64,000 nucleotides of DNA, from the NCBI GenBank assembly GCA_002633005.1, contig NMRA01000132.1, forward strand, positions 1-64,000, given 5' to 3'. The DNA is from Phoronis australis (taxonomy: Eukaryota; Animalia; Phoronida). The notes beneath the pieces were generated by a model, which made no database searches, was not told the DNA's origin, and saw only the letters and a list, made by a program, of their open reading frames with translations. The position numbers and the translations under genes were made by a program. This document shows positions 12,336-24,436 of the stretch, in pieces (position 1 is the first letter of the stretch; each line of letters opens with the position of its first letter).

Positions 12336-14078
12336 AATGTTTCCCAAACTTGAGTCAATTGAGTGATCCATTGCGAGAAATGAAAAATGCAGGCACTTGG
12401 AAGTGGGGCGAAGCAGAATCGAAAGCTTTTTCAAGTATCAAGGAAGCTTTGTGTAACACCCCTGTATTAAAATACTTAGATGTCAACAAACCAAGTACAC
12501 TAAGTGTTGATGCTAGCTAGCACCAAGGGATTAGGTGCAGCAGTGATTCAGGATGATGATATTGTTGCTTATGCCTCTAGGGCGCTAACACCCACAGAAC
12601 AGCGATATGCTCAAATTGAGAAAGAGATGTTAGCTGTATGTTTTGGGTGCATTCGATTTCACAAGTTGATTTACGGTATGCCTGAAGTCACAATTGAATC
12701 AGACCATAAGCCTTTAGAGAGTTTATTTAAGAAGCCAATAGGCATGTCTCCGATGAGAATTCAAAGAAAGATGCTGAAACTTCAACCATACTCATTCAAT
12801 CTGGTGTACAAAAAAGGTACTACTATTGGTTTAGCTGATTGTTTGAGTAAATTACCTCACAATGGTGATGACAATTATGCTATCATGGATGACGAGCTCA
12901 TGGTTTGTAAAGTTGATACTCTGGCAAATTGTATGCATGATAAAATTGCTATGGCAACATGCGATGATGATGAACTGCAGTGTGTAGAGCAGTTAATTTT
13001 GAATGGTTGGCCAGAACATAGGTCACAAGTACCTCACATTGCATTACCTTATTGGGATTGCAGAGATCAATCAGCTACTTACAATGGTATTGTTTTCAGA
13101 GCAGATAGGGTATGTATTCCCACTACGCTCCGTCGGCACATGTTACGTGTGCTACACCAATCACATATGGGAATGACACGGACAAAACAAAGAGCTCGTG
13201 ATATTATATTTTGGCCGGGTATGAACAAACAAATTGAAGATATGATTAGCAGATGTGCTGCATGTTTGAAACATCGAAACTACCAGCCGAAAGAGCCAAT
13301 GAAATTGTTTGAGAAACCTATTCTTCCATGGAACACAGTTGCATGTGATTTGTTTGAATATGGAAACAGACACTACCTGTTGATGGTAGATTATTATTCA
13401 GGATTCATTGAAGTGTCTCCATTACCTTCTACGAATGCTTTTACAGTGATTAAGCATATCAAAGCAAGTATTGCACGTTATGGCATTATGGAGAAGTTAG
13501 TGTCAGATAATGGGCCTCAGTTTTCTAGTTTAGAATTCAGAGAATTTGTGGAAAACTATGGTATTATCCACATAACATCATCTCCAGGTCACCAGCAGGC
13601 AAATGGCCTTGCAGAGAAATCTGTTCATGTTATCAAGCAATTGATAAAGAAAACAAGTGAAACAAATGGTGATATATATTTGGCTTTGTTAGATTTGAGA
13701 AATACACCAAGAGATGGTATTATTGGGTCCCCAGTTCAAAGATTAATGGGTAGACGTACCAGGACATTATTGCCTACTTCGAATGCATTGCTGAAACCTG
13801 AAGCAATTAACCCTGATGAAGTGCATTCACAACTGTCCAATTATCAAATGAGACAAAAGAAGTATTACGACAGAAATACTAAACCATTGCCAGCGTTAAA
13901 CAATTCTGAGTCTGAACAAGCAGTGCGCATGAAAACTAAGAGTGGTTGGGAACCAGCAGAATTGGTTAAACAACATTCTGATACATCTTACATTGTCAAA
14001 TCAGGTGATGAAGCGCGAGAGTATCGTCGCAATCGACAAATGTTACTGTCCACTGCAGAATCTCCACATTCTGTATAG
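12336..14078 (+). pseudogene. Gypsy RT connection, RNase H and integrase
   Basis: PNLSQLSDPLR...TPVLKY...VDAS, AYASRALTPTEQRYAQIEKEMLA, DHKPL, HQSHMG...FWPGMNKQIEDMISRCAAC, SDNGPQF, ANGLAE. A frameshift lies at the GCTAGCTAGC duplication (~12512). Confidence 0.9.
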
Positions 14079-15046
14079 CCTAATTTGACCAGTGCATTTC
14101 GCCACAAAGTCAAACAAACACACAATCCTATTCAATCAACAAGTGACACTGATAATGATTCACCAGAGATTAAATCAAAACCTTTAGTTACAAGGACAGG
14201 AAGGGAAATCAAGAAACCCTCCAGGTTTAATGATTATATAACTTCTTGAGTCAGTAAGTGTGTGTTACTGAGTATCAGTTTGCAGGAATAGCAAGTTTTG
14301 TAATTTGATTAGTCTGTTACGGTATGGTTAGATACTATTTGTTTATTATTTTAGCACTTAGCTGATAGTCTTGTTGAGTGAAACATCTGTTAGAATGGTA
14401 ATTTGTTTATCGTGATTAACAGTTGTTAATTTAGGTTTCTTAGTGCGACTTTCTTGTTTTTCAAAGAAAAGGGGATGTAATAGTATTGTGATTTGTACTG
14501 GAACTACACTTACCTTATATGGCACAATTAGTTAGAATGGTTTATTATGTAAGTCTTGCCAAACAGTTCTATGAAATGTGACTCATATGCATGTGGTCTT
14601 GTGTATTGCAAAAAACATGTTGTTGAACAGTAGTTAGTCAGTCCGCAATAAAGTAGTGTTCAAGTAAAGACGTCTTCTTTACCCCTCTCTCCACAAGCCA
14701 TTACATTATGGGACCGATTTAAGGAGAGTGAAAGGCCAAATGGATTTCCGTTTTAGCCTGCTAATTAAGATGAAATCCAGCTGTAACTGTTTAAAACATT
14801 AACATATTCACTTAAAATTAGTAAATTGTTATTGCATTTTCCTAAAAGACCGTGATAAAGTAAAAATGAATACGTATTAATGTCAAAACTTAACATACAG
14901 TCATTTATCTTTTTACCCAAATAAAGCAAAATTTACAAAAGTCACCAAAACTTGTTGGATTGGCTTATTCTATCATTTACCACATTTTTTTAAATAGTTC
15001 AAATAAAAGTAGAATAGAAAGTTCAGTCAGTAAATTCACTGGAAAC

Positions 15047-15566
15047 TTTCTGATGCCACAAGCATCTTCCTTGTTACAGTCTCTTTCTGAGGCCACAAGC
15101 ATCTTCCTTGTTACAGTCCCTTTCTGAGGCCTGTTCGTAGAAGGAACAATGTATCTCTTTCTGATGCCACAAGCATCTTCCTTGTTACAGTTTCTTTCTG
15201 AGGCCACAAGCATCTTCTCTTGTTACAGTCCCTTTCTGAGGCCACAAGCATCTTCCTTGTTACAGTCCCTTTCTGAGGTCACAAGCATCTTCCTTAATAC
15301 AGTCTCTTTCTGAGGCCACAAGCATCTTCTCTTGTTTCAGCACCTTTCTCAGACCACACGCATTTTCCTTGTTACAGCACCTTTCTGATGCCACAAGCAT
15401 CTTCTCTTGATACAGTCCTTTTCTGAGGTCACAAGCATCTTCCTTGTTACAGTCTCTTTCTGATGCCACAAACATCTTCCTTGTTTCAGCACCTTTCTGC
15501 TGCCACAAGCGTCTTCCTTGTTACAGTCCCTTTCTGAGACCACAAGCATTTTCCCTTGTTACAGTC
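15047..15566. repeat. Minisatellite, ~37-bp unit, about 14 copies
   Basis: Unit TTTCTGAGGCCACAAGCATCTTCCTTGTTACAGTCCC repeated head to tail. Confidence 0.95.
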
Positions 15567-18099
15567 CGTGTCAAAATATTCAACTACTTAGTGGTAAACA
15601 TTCGGAAGCAGACGAGTGAGGAGAAGAAGCCATCAAATAATTACAGAACAAAAAGGAAATAACTGACAAAAAAAATTCTAGGACACGTTGCCTTCACATG
15701 TGTGCTGGGCCCTTTTGCAGGTACCTTCAAACGCGATACACCCTAACCCCGACAATGAGGAAGCAGGCTATCGGTGTATTGGCGATGGAGGGCTCCCGGG
15801 TTTCTCGTTTTTTCTGTCAAAGACGGTTCGTATTCGAAGCTAACATAAGCAATGCCTGAACGGACAAATGTTGTAGAATGTTTCGGGAGAATGAAGGCAA
15901 TATGTTCGTATAAACCTTGGTCTAAAGAAGGCTCCATGCCAACCCCATTCGAAATCAAAATTGGTGGAGATATTTAGCAGAAGAGTACTCGACTTTTAAT
16001 GTGCCGCGTCGTCTCACGTAGCTTCTTCAAATTCACGAAAACGGGTATATGTCCAAGATCACCTCATGAACAAAAATGAGGCTGCGACTGAAAGATTCAT
16101 GTACTTCAGCAGGCTTGATATTATGTGGTTTGGACAGCATGTTGCTTATCACAGGCTACCACGCGAGCACGGCTCCTGTCCAAGACTATGATTAAGTTGT
16201 CCCTTTTCCTGTGGGATGACGTAGGACTATTTTTTTCACAATAAGTTCGCTTGCATTGCAACGATTTGAACATTCGAAAAAGGGTACCGTTTTCTGTCTC
16301 GCCGAATTGTGTATTGCCAACCTCGTTTGAAGATGGTCACAAACTCGCTCAATAGATGGCGCATGATAATTTTTAAGGAATTTCTGTTGGTATTGATTGG
16401 CACTGAACAGTTAGGCCAATTTGCAGTCCATAACATTAGAATCTACGGATAGACCTGGCTTGGGGGCAGATTTCAAGGTAGGTGTTGCATGTAGGTCCAG
16501 TGAATGTGGTTTGTTTGTATTTATGGACATGTTGGGAACGAGAAAAGATCACTTGCTCTGGTCGTGTAGCTTCATTCTTCTCCAAGATGACGAACCCCTG
16601 TTGCATTTGTGCATTGCTGGGTATAGCGACTGAGAAATCGGCTGCGATTCCAGGTAGTCATCAAAGAAGCGAGAATTGCCAAAAAGAGCAGTTGGTTGAC
16701 AGTACTTTTGGGACACATTTTTGGAATTTGTAGGAAATTTTCTTTCAAAATCCATTGTTGGCTTATGTCGCGCATTGGCAGGAAAGTGGTGGTTTTGGGG
16801 TGAAAAATGTCGATTTTGTATTTTTACCCCTTTTTTCGTAACCGACCTTATTTTTCAGTAGGAGTGAAAGGGTCAGAAATACAAGAGATAATAAAGTTTT
16901 TGTGATCATCTGTAGGGATTGTGATGTGAAATGACTCAGAACTTTTCATTCCTTGCATACAGTTTCCGACAGAGTGAAGGAAAGGTTAATCTTCTATTGT
17001 AAACAAATTACATCGTCACTGCCCTGGCCCCGTAGGTCATGCCAATCAAGTGCTATCTGCTTGTAAACAAACAGAACAATTAAATAAAACTTATTAAAGT
17101 TAGTCTGCAACCACAACTGGGAACACCTCTTAGGGTTGACTGAATATGTACATTTAAATGCCTGCTTTTATGTGAACAGTATGAATTTTAAGACAAAAGA
17201 TATGGTATTATTGTTGACGTTCCTTTGGAGGTGCCGTGAAGGTGCCGGGAAAAGGTCACGCCCAGAGGGATAGGAGGATCAAAGGGCGCATCGTCTCCAT
17301 TTTGTTTTTAAACCACAAGTGGTAGAATCATTGATTTAAGATGAACAAAAAGCGACCGGAGTCGTGGCTACACCTGAAAATAAAAACAAATATCTTGGTT
17401 GTTGTTTGATTTGAATGTAAAAAGACACCGTTATTTGATATCATTTGTTAACATACACGCGATACCGTAAGCAGTGGCAAAATGTGATCCCACTCTGAAC
17501 ACAACTCGACCAAAAATAATCGCAACGCCGGACCCGGGTGACAATAGCTACCAGAAGGACCGTGGAATTGACGGGTGCAGCACAGATCACGAATTTTGCC
17601 CATTTGGCGGGAAATCGGTCGACGACAGGTCGACGACCAGCAGCAGACCATCAACCGTCTGCTAGATGTCGTCAACTGAATAGCTTCTGTGGTCGACATT
17701 TGGGTCGACAAACTGGTCGCCTAGGTTGGAAGACCGATTCGGATTATGCGTACCACCAGTCGGTAATAACCATTTTGTGACTCGATTGGAGAATTTTGGT
17801 ATCTAACTGTTTGCTTTTCGCTCTCTCAACTTTCTCTCAACTTCATAAACATGGATGTACTTAAGAACTGCGTGAAATTAAAACAAAGTAAATGTTGACT
17901 TGGAATTACCCATGGGTGTTAAAATCAAATGTGAAATAGTCTGGCGTAGACACGATTTCGAAGCGTGTTTTACGAATAACAATCAAGAAACGCTGACAGT
18001 CAAATTGCATGAAAGTACAAAAACAACACTGGACGTGTTACGACGGCAGATGACTTCAAGTCGGAAAATCATGTTCAAAGAGTAACTCGCAATTGTGCT

Positions 18100-18233
18100 T
18101 CACTGCCAGTTCCTCTGACACATGCATCGCCTGAAAATCTCTCACACAGACATGGGCACTCTCCCCCTGACACCTGAGCCGCATTTACTGCAGAGATGCC
18201 CTACCTTCGACATCCTAAGGTGCCAGACATGGC
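18100..18233 (+). mobile_element. LINE 3' end (I/Ingi-like C-terminal zinc finger), left half, interrupted by the Polinton-like insertion
   Basis: HMHRLKISHTD...HLLQRCPTFDILRCQT(W), continuing after 24309. Confidence 0.7.
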
Positions 18234-21200
18234 AGTAGTATAGTAAGAGGTTTTGGAGTCTTATTTTGAGGCTCCTCGGTCAAAGGTCATCTATGTAAAA
18301 GGAAAAGGTCAAAGGTCACGTGGAATAATTGCGATCGGAAGGGACACCATCCGTCTACCGGATGTGTCAATGACGTCACGACTCATGACGTAATAGGTTT
18401 AATTGGTTAGAGAGGCACCTCGATGCCCGTTTTGCGGCTCCTAGCAACGGATCGAGAATCGAAACAAAAGAGGGATGCTGAATAAGAACAAAACGTGGAT
18501 TACCTTCGTTCGTGTGCGCCGACTGTCGTCGTTGTATATTGTGTATTCTGTCTCATCAAAAACAAAGGCGTATACAAAAGGGGATAACCACCCAACCCAA
18601 CAACAGATGTCCCGTAAAGTCTAACCCAGGCCCCGACGGTACTAAGCGAATCGTACTCGTAATAATAAGAAGCGACCAGATAACACAGAACATAAAACCG
18701 ATAGCGTTTAAACGTGTATTAATGAAAAACCAACACTACAAAAATCATACAAATATAAAATCATCAAAACTTGTCCGAATTAAATGTTCTAAGGTCCAGT
18801 GGTGACACCGTCGTCGAGCACTCGTCGTTTGGGATAAAAGTAGGTGAACGCTCACCTCTCTTGCAGGTAGGTATACATAGTGTTGGAAATAGTCTGACCA
18901 ACTAAGAGAGAAAAGAAACTTTTCGTGTTTAACCGAGAATTACTAACGGCATACAAAAGTGAATAAAAGCGGATGAATGCGAAGTGTGACGTCAAGTTTT
19001 CGTACACAAATATACACAAAGCACCGTCTGAGCTTTGACAAATCTTACATAATCACCACATAAAACCTAGGCTGACACAAACACGTCTGGGCATACACGC
19101 GTCGCAAATAAATGATTGTCTTTATGTTATTAGGTGCTACGCAAAGTTTACAAAAAGACCTCGGTAATATAAGTAAACCGAAGAGACGACTGAGTTAGCT
19201 GTGAGTTATCATTTGCTTCTCTTAGCCAGACTTTTAAGTTTCGTTTCGCGTACGTAGTATTCAGCCTTTCGTTGTTTTTGACCAACCGTCTATACTCTAT
19301 ATTTTTATTTCATTTTGTAGATTTTCTATAATCAATATTCAATATTCAATAACTTTTTTATTATTTTTGTCTATTTTATGTTAACCATCCTCTGAAGTTG
19401 TATAAAGGTTTGTCACCCACACTACCTCTGTGGTGAGTTTATCGTAAACAATTCCGATTATTTCAAAATTTTTATTCTCTTTTTCCGTAAGAAAACAATT
19501 TAACAGACATCAACTACCAATTTACCAATTTCAATCTAATAATCTCCGTAGCTTAATACGATAAGTTACAATGCGCGTTTAGACTTTGAATATATGTATA
19601 CGAGTTGCGACTACATTAATCCGTCGACAAATTCTGAAACACAGCGATCGTTAGTTTTAGTGTCTTTATCAAACAAATTCGCAATAAAGTCCATGCTCCA
19701 TCCTCGTGCTAGCGGTGAGTTATCATTTGCTTAACCCTTCTCTTAGCTGGCCGTTTAAATTTCGGTTCGCGTACGTAATATTCAGCCTTTCGTTGTTTTT
19801 GACCAACCGTCTATACAGAATATTCAAAACCCTTTTTAAATAGCCGTGCTTTTGTTTTTTATTTATCTTATTTATTTTGTAGATGAACCATCCTCTGAAG
19901 TTGTCTAAAGGTTTTGTACCAACACTATATCTGTGGTGGGTTAATTTATTATAAATAACTCCGACTATTCCAATATTTGTTTAAATTTTGTTTGCAAAAA
20001 TTAACACGCGTCAGCTACCAATATTCCAATTTCAATATAACTTTATTTTCCTAGGCGCAACACTATCAGTTAGAATGGGCGTTTAGACTTAATATATGAA
20101 TACGAGTTATGATTACAATAGTCCGTCAATAAGTTTTAAAACACAGTGATCGCTAGTTTTGGTGTCTTTCATTCTCATATCATCCATTCACCGTGTGAAT
20201 ACCAAACATTTTATATAACTGCAATAATCATCTCCCAAAGTTGTTAACATTACCATCAAGTGCATCCCTAGGAATATCAAAAAATCATCTAATATACAAT
20301 CTGTGGATGAGCCAGTCCTAGCGTTAAAGTCTGCAGTCAGTATTATGTGCACCTCGCGCATTAAAGTAGCTTGTAACTGAGTGATATTTTCAATCTTCTT
20401 CTACCTTCAAACTACCGCCCCCATGCGCATTGCTAGAAACAGTAGCTGATTCTGGAGCAACATCAGTCAAAATATAAAGTACGCCCAGTGTTTGTCTATT
20501 TTGAAAGCTCGACAAACAATTCCTATCATGTCAGGATAATCAGAAAATGTTTTGATGACTTACTTAGATAATACTGCTTTCACTAAGACGGCAACGCCTG
20601 AGCATCTACCAAAATATGCCTTTTAAGCACTGGAATTTTTAAAATGCTACCAAACCTCCAAATACATATTTACACTGGCTGTTTTGTTTTGGTCAGTTTC
20701 TGTGATTCCCACAAGCTCGTTCATCAGATCGTGCCTACATGAATCTGGTCTAATCAAGTTTCAATTTAGATTCCAGAACGTGTGGGTTCCATGTTCATGT
20801 TTTAAGCCCTCGCCCGAAAACCTATTCGTTATTAAACGACAGGAGAACGATGTCGCGCATTGCTGCAAGATACTTTCGCCGTTTTATTTTTTGGTGCCCT
20901 TATGGCATTGAAATGAAATCGTGACAGAACTTTGAAAATAAAATTAACAACATCTTGACTGATTACCTAGAAATCACGAAGCCAATCGAGATTGAACGAA
21001 ACCATCGCCTAGGATTTAAAGGAAATCGTCAGTCAACATGAAACCTACAGTCGATCGTCGTCAAATTGCAGAAATTTAAATACAAATACCTTGTTCTACA
21101 AAACAGAAAAAGTCTTTTAAGACACCAGCTATGGTTTTCTTGAGGGTTTCATTGAATCTGTTCGAGAAAAAATACAACGTCTCAAACCACTCTTGTTGAA

Positions 21201-24200
21201 GTATGGATGAGAGGGAAAATTTGCTTTCTGGTGCTACAATAAGCTACGCGTAGAGAAAAGTTATATATATGAACATACAAAAGACGACATCGTTCTCCTG
21301 TCGTTTAATAACGAATAGGTTTTCGGGCGAGGGCTTAAAACATGAACATGGAACCCACACGNACGTGAAACCTACAGTCGATCGTCGTCAAATTGCAGAA
21401 ATTTAAATACAAACACCTTGTTCTACAAAACGGAAAAAATCTTAAGACACCAGCTATGGTTTTCTTGAGGGTTTCATTGAATCTGTTCGAGAAAAAATAC
21501 AACATCTCAAACCAGTCTTGCTGAAGTATGGATGAGAGGGAAAATTTGCTTTTTGGTGCTACAATAAGCTACGCGTAGAAAAAAGTTATATATATGAACA
21601 TACAAAAGACGACATCGTTCTCATGTCGTTTAATAACGAATAGGTTTTCGGGCGAGGGCTTAAAACATGAACATGGAACCCACACGGTCTGGAATCTAAA
21701 TTGAAACTTGGTTAGACCAGATTCATGTAGGCACGATCTGATGAACGAGCTTGTGGGAATCACAGAAATTGACCAAAACAAAACAGCCAGTGTAAACATG
21801 TATTTGTAGGTTTGGTAGCATTTTAAAAATTCCAGAGTTTAAAAGGCATATTATGGTAGATGCTCAGGCGTTGCCGTCTTAGTGAAAGCAGCATTATCTA
21901 AGTAAGTCATCAAAACATTTTCTGATTATCCTGACATGTTAGGAATTGTTTGTCGAGCTTTCAAAATAGACAAAGACTGGGCGTACTTTATATTTTGACT
22001 TATGTTGCTCCAGAATCAGCTACTGTTTCTAGCAATGCGCATGGGGGCGGTAGTTTGAAGGTAGAAGAAGATTGAAAATATCACTCAGTTACAAGCTACT
22101 TTAATGCGCGAGGTGCATATAATGCTGACTGCAGACTTTGACGCTAGGACTGGCTCATCCACAGATTGTATATTAGATGATTTTTTGATATTCCTAGGGA
22201 TTCACTTGATGGTAATGTTAACAACTTTGGGAGATGATTATTGCAGTTATATAAATCGTTTGGTATTCACACAGTGAATGGATGATATGAGAATGAAAGA
22301 CAACAAAACTAGCGATCACTATGTTTTAAAACTNGGGATTCACTTGATGGTAATGTTAACAACTTTGGGAGATGATTATTGCAGTTATATAAAACGTTTG
22401 GTATTCACACGGTGAATGGATGATATGAGAATGAAAGACACCAAAACTAGCGATCACTGTGTTTTAAAACTTATTGACGGACTATTGTAATCATAACTCG
22501 TATTCATATCATAAGTCTAAACGCCCATTCTAACTTATAGTGTTGCGCAACAGAGAAAATAAAGTTATATCGAAATTGCAATATTGGTAGCTGACGCGTG
22601 TTAATTTTTGCTTACGGAAACAAAAGAAAATAAACAAGTATTGGAATAATCGGAGTTGTCTATAATAAATTAACCCACCACAGATATAGTGTTGGTACAA
22701 AACCTTTAGACAACTTTAGAGGATGGTTCATCTACAAAATAAATAAGATAAATAAAAAACAAAAACACGGCTATTTAAAAAGGGTTTTGAATATTCTGTA
22801 TAGACGGTTGGTCAAAAACAACGAAAGGCTGAATATTACGTACGCGAAACGAAATTTAAACGGCCAGCTAAGAGAAGGGTTAAGCAAATGATAACTCACC
22901 GCTAGCACGAGGATGGAGCATGGACTTTATTGCGAATTTGTTTGATAAAGACACTAAAACTAACGATCGCTGTGTTTCAGAATTTGTCGACGGATTAATG
23001 TAGTCGCAACTCGTATACATATATTCAAAGTCTAAACGCGCATTGTAACTTATCGTATTAAGCTACGGAGATTATTAGATTGAAATTGGTAAATTGGTAG
23101 TTGATGTCTGTTAAATTGTTTTCTTACGGAAAAAGAGAATAAAAATTTTGAAATAATCGGAATTGTTTACGATAAACTCACCACAGAGGTAGTGTGGGTG
23201 ACAAACCTTTATACAACTTCAGAGGATGGTTAACATCAAATAGACAAAAATAGTAAAAAAAGTTATTGAATGTTCAATATTGATTATAGACGATCTACAA
23301 AATGAAATAAAAATAAAGAGTATAGACGGTTGGTCAAAAACAACGAAAGGCTGGATACCGTACGCGAAACGAAACTTAAAAGTCTGGCTAAGAGAAGCAA
23401 ATGATAACTCATCGCTAACTCGCAAACTTTGATCTCGGAATAGTTTGTGTAATCAGTCGTCTCTTCGGTTTACTTATATTACCGAGGTCTTTTTATAAAC
23501 TTTGCGTAGCACCTAATAACATAAAGACAATCATTTATTTGCGACGCGTGTATGCCCAGACGTGTTTGTGTCAGCCTAGGTTTTACGTGATGATTATGTA
23601 AGATTTGTCAAAGCTCAGACGGTGCTTTGTGTGTATTTGTGTACGAAAACTTGACGTCACGCTTCGCATTCATCCGCTTTTATTCACTTTTGTATGCCGT
23701 TAGTAATTCTCGGTTAAACACGAAAAGTTCCTTTTCTCTCTTAGTTGGTCAGACTATTTCCAACACTATGTATACCTACCTGCAAGAGAGGTGCGCGTTC
23801 ACCTACTTTTATCCCAAACGACCCTTACAAAAATGAACTTAAGTTTTCATCGAAAAACTTAAGTTTTTGGTCTGAAAAACTTAAGTTTTCATTCCCAAAA
23901 ACTTAAGTTTTTGGNGACTTTACGGGACATCTGTTGTTGGGTTGGGTGGTTATCCCCTTTTGTATACGCCTTTGTTTTTGATGAGACAGAACACACAATA
24001 TACAACGACGACAGTCGGCGCACACGAACCAAGGTAATCCACGTTTTGTTCTTATTCAGCATCCCTCTTTTTTTTCGATTCTCGATCCGTTGCTAGGAGC
24101 CGCAAAACGGGCATCGAGGTGCCTCTCTCACCAATTAAACCTATTACGTCATGAGTCGTGACGTCATTGACACATCCGGTAGGCGGATGGTGTCCCTTCC

Positions 24201-24303
24201 GATCGCAGTTATTCCACGTGACCTTTGACCTTTTCCTTTTACATAGATGACCTTTGACCGAGGAGCCTCAAAATAAGACTCCAAAACCTCTTACTATACT
24301 ACT
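18234..24303. mobile_element. Non-autonomous Polinton/Maverick-like foldback element with ~2.6-kb terminal inverted repeats
   Basis: Ends AGTAGTATAGTAAGAGG...CCTCTTACTATACTACT. 6-bp TSD CATGGC at 18228-18233 and 24304-24309. The left arm 18234-20855 is mirrored by 21285-24303, around a spacer of ~430 bp. No polB, integrase or capsid ORF. Confidence 0.85.
20900..22200 (+). pseudogene. Decayed CR1/L2-type LINE 5' part (ORF1 and APE endonuclease) inside the foldback element
   Basis: ORF1-like KINNILTDYLEITKPIEIERNHRLG...IVVKLQKFK...SVREKIQRLKPLL...YNKLRV. Endonuclease-like GRCSGVAVLVK...TYVAPES...IMLTADFDARTG (cf. GDFNARTG). An antisense mirror copy lies at ~20270-20855. Confidence 0.7.
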
Positions 24304-24309
24304 CATGGC

Positions 24310-24436
24310 CCAATCCGGTGGAACTCGAAGTAAAAATGTGGGGCCCGACAACGTTATTGCGGCGAACCGCAGACTTTGCCAGAAGACCGAACTGACCATC
24401 TGAACTACATGGCCGGGAACTCTGAAGAAGAAGAAG
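24310..24436 (+). mobile_element. LINE 3' end, right half, with (GAA)n tail
   Basis: PNPVELEVKMWGPTTLLRRTADFA is in frame with 18100-18233 once the insertion and one TSD copy are removed. GAAGAAGAAGAAG tail at ~24424. Confidence 0.7.

Larger units (their letters stand above)
11704..14705 (+). mobile_element. Third, rearranged Mag-type Gypsy element
   Basis: The LTR start TGTAATAGTATTG at 11704-11776 (cut by the N at 11778) matches the 3' LTR at 14476-~14705, which follows the PPT AAAGAAAAGGGGA. Contains a plus-strand RNase H-integrase ORF and an inverted gag fragment. No matching TSD was found. Confidence 0.8.

Noticed and set aside
15047-15566. CRISPR-like array (37-bp period)
   Set aside because: Units are head to tail with no unique spacers, there are no cas genes, and the context is eukaryotic. 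It is a minisatellite.
15700-16780. Coding-like stretch with several short ORFs
   Set aside because: No recognisable motif in any frame read by eye; BLASTX is needed before any call.
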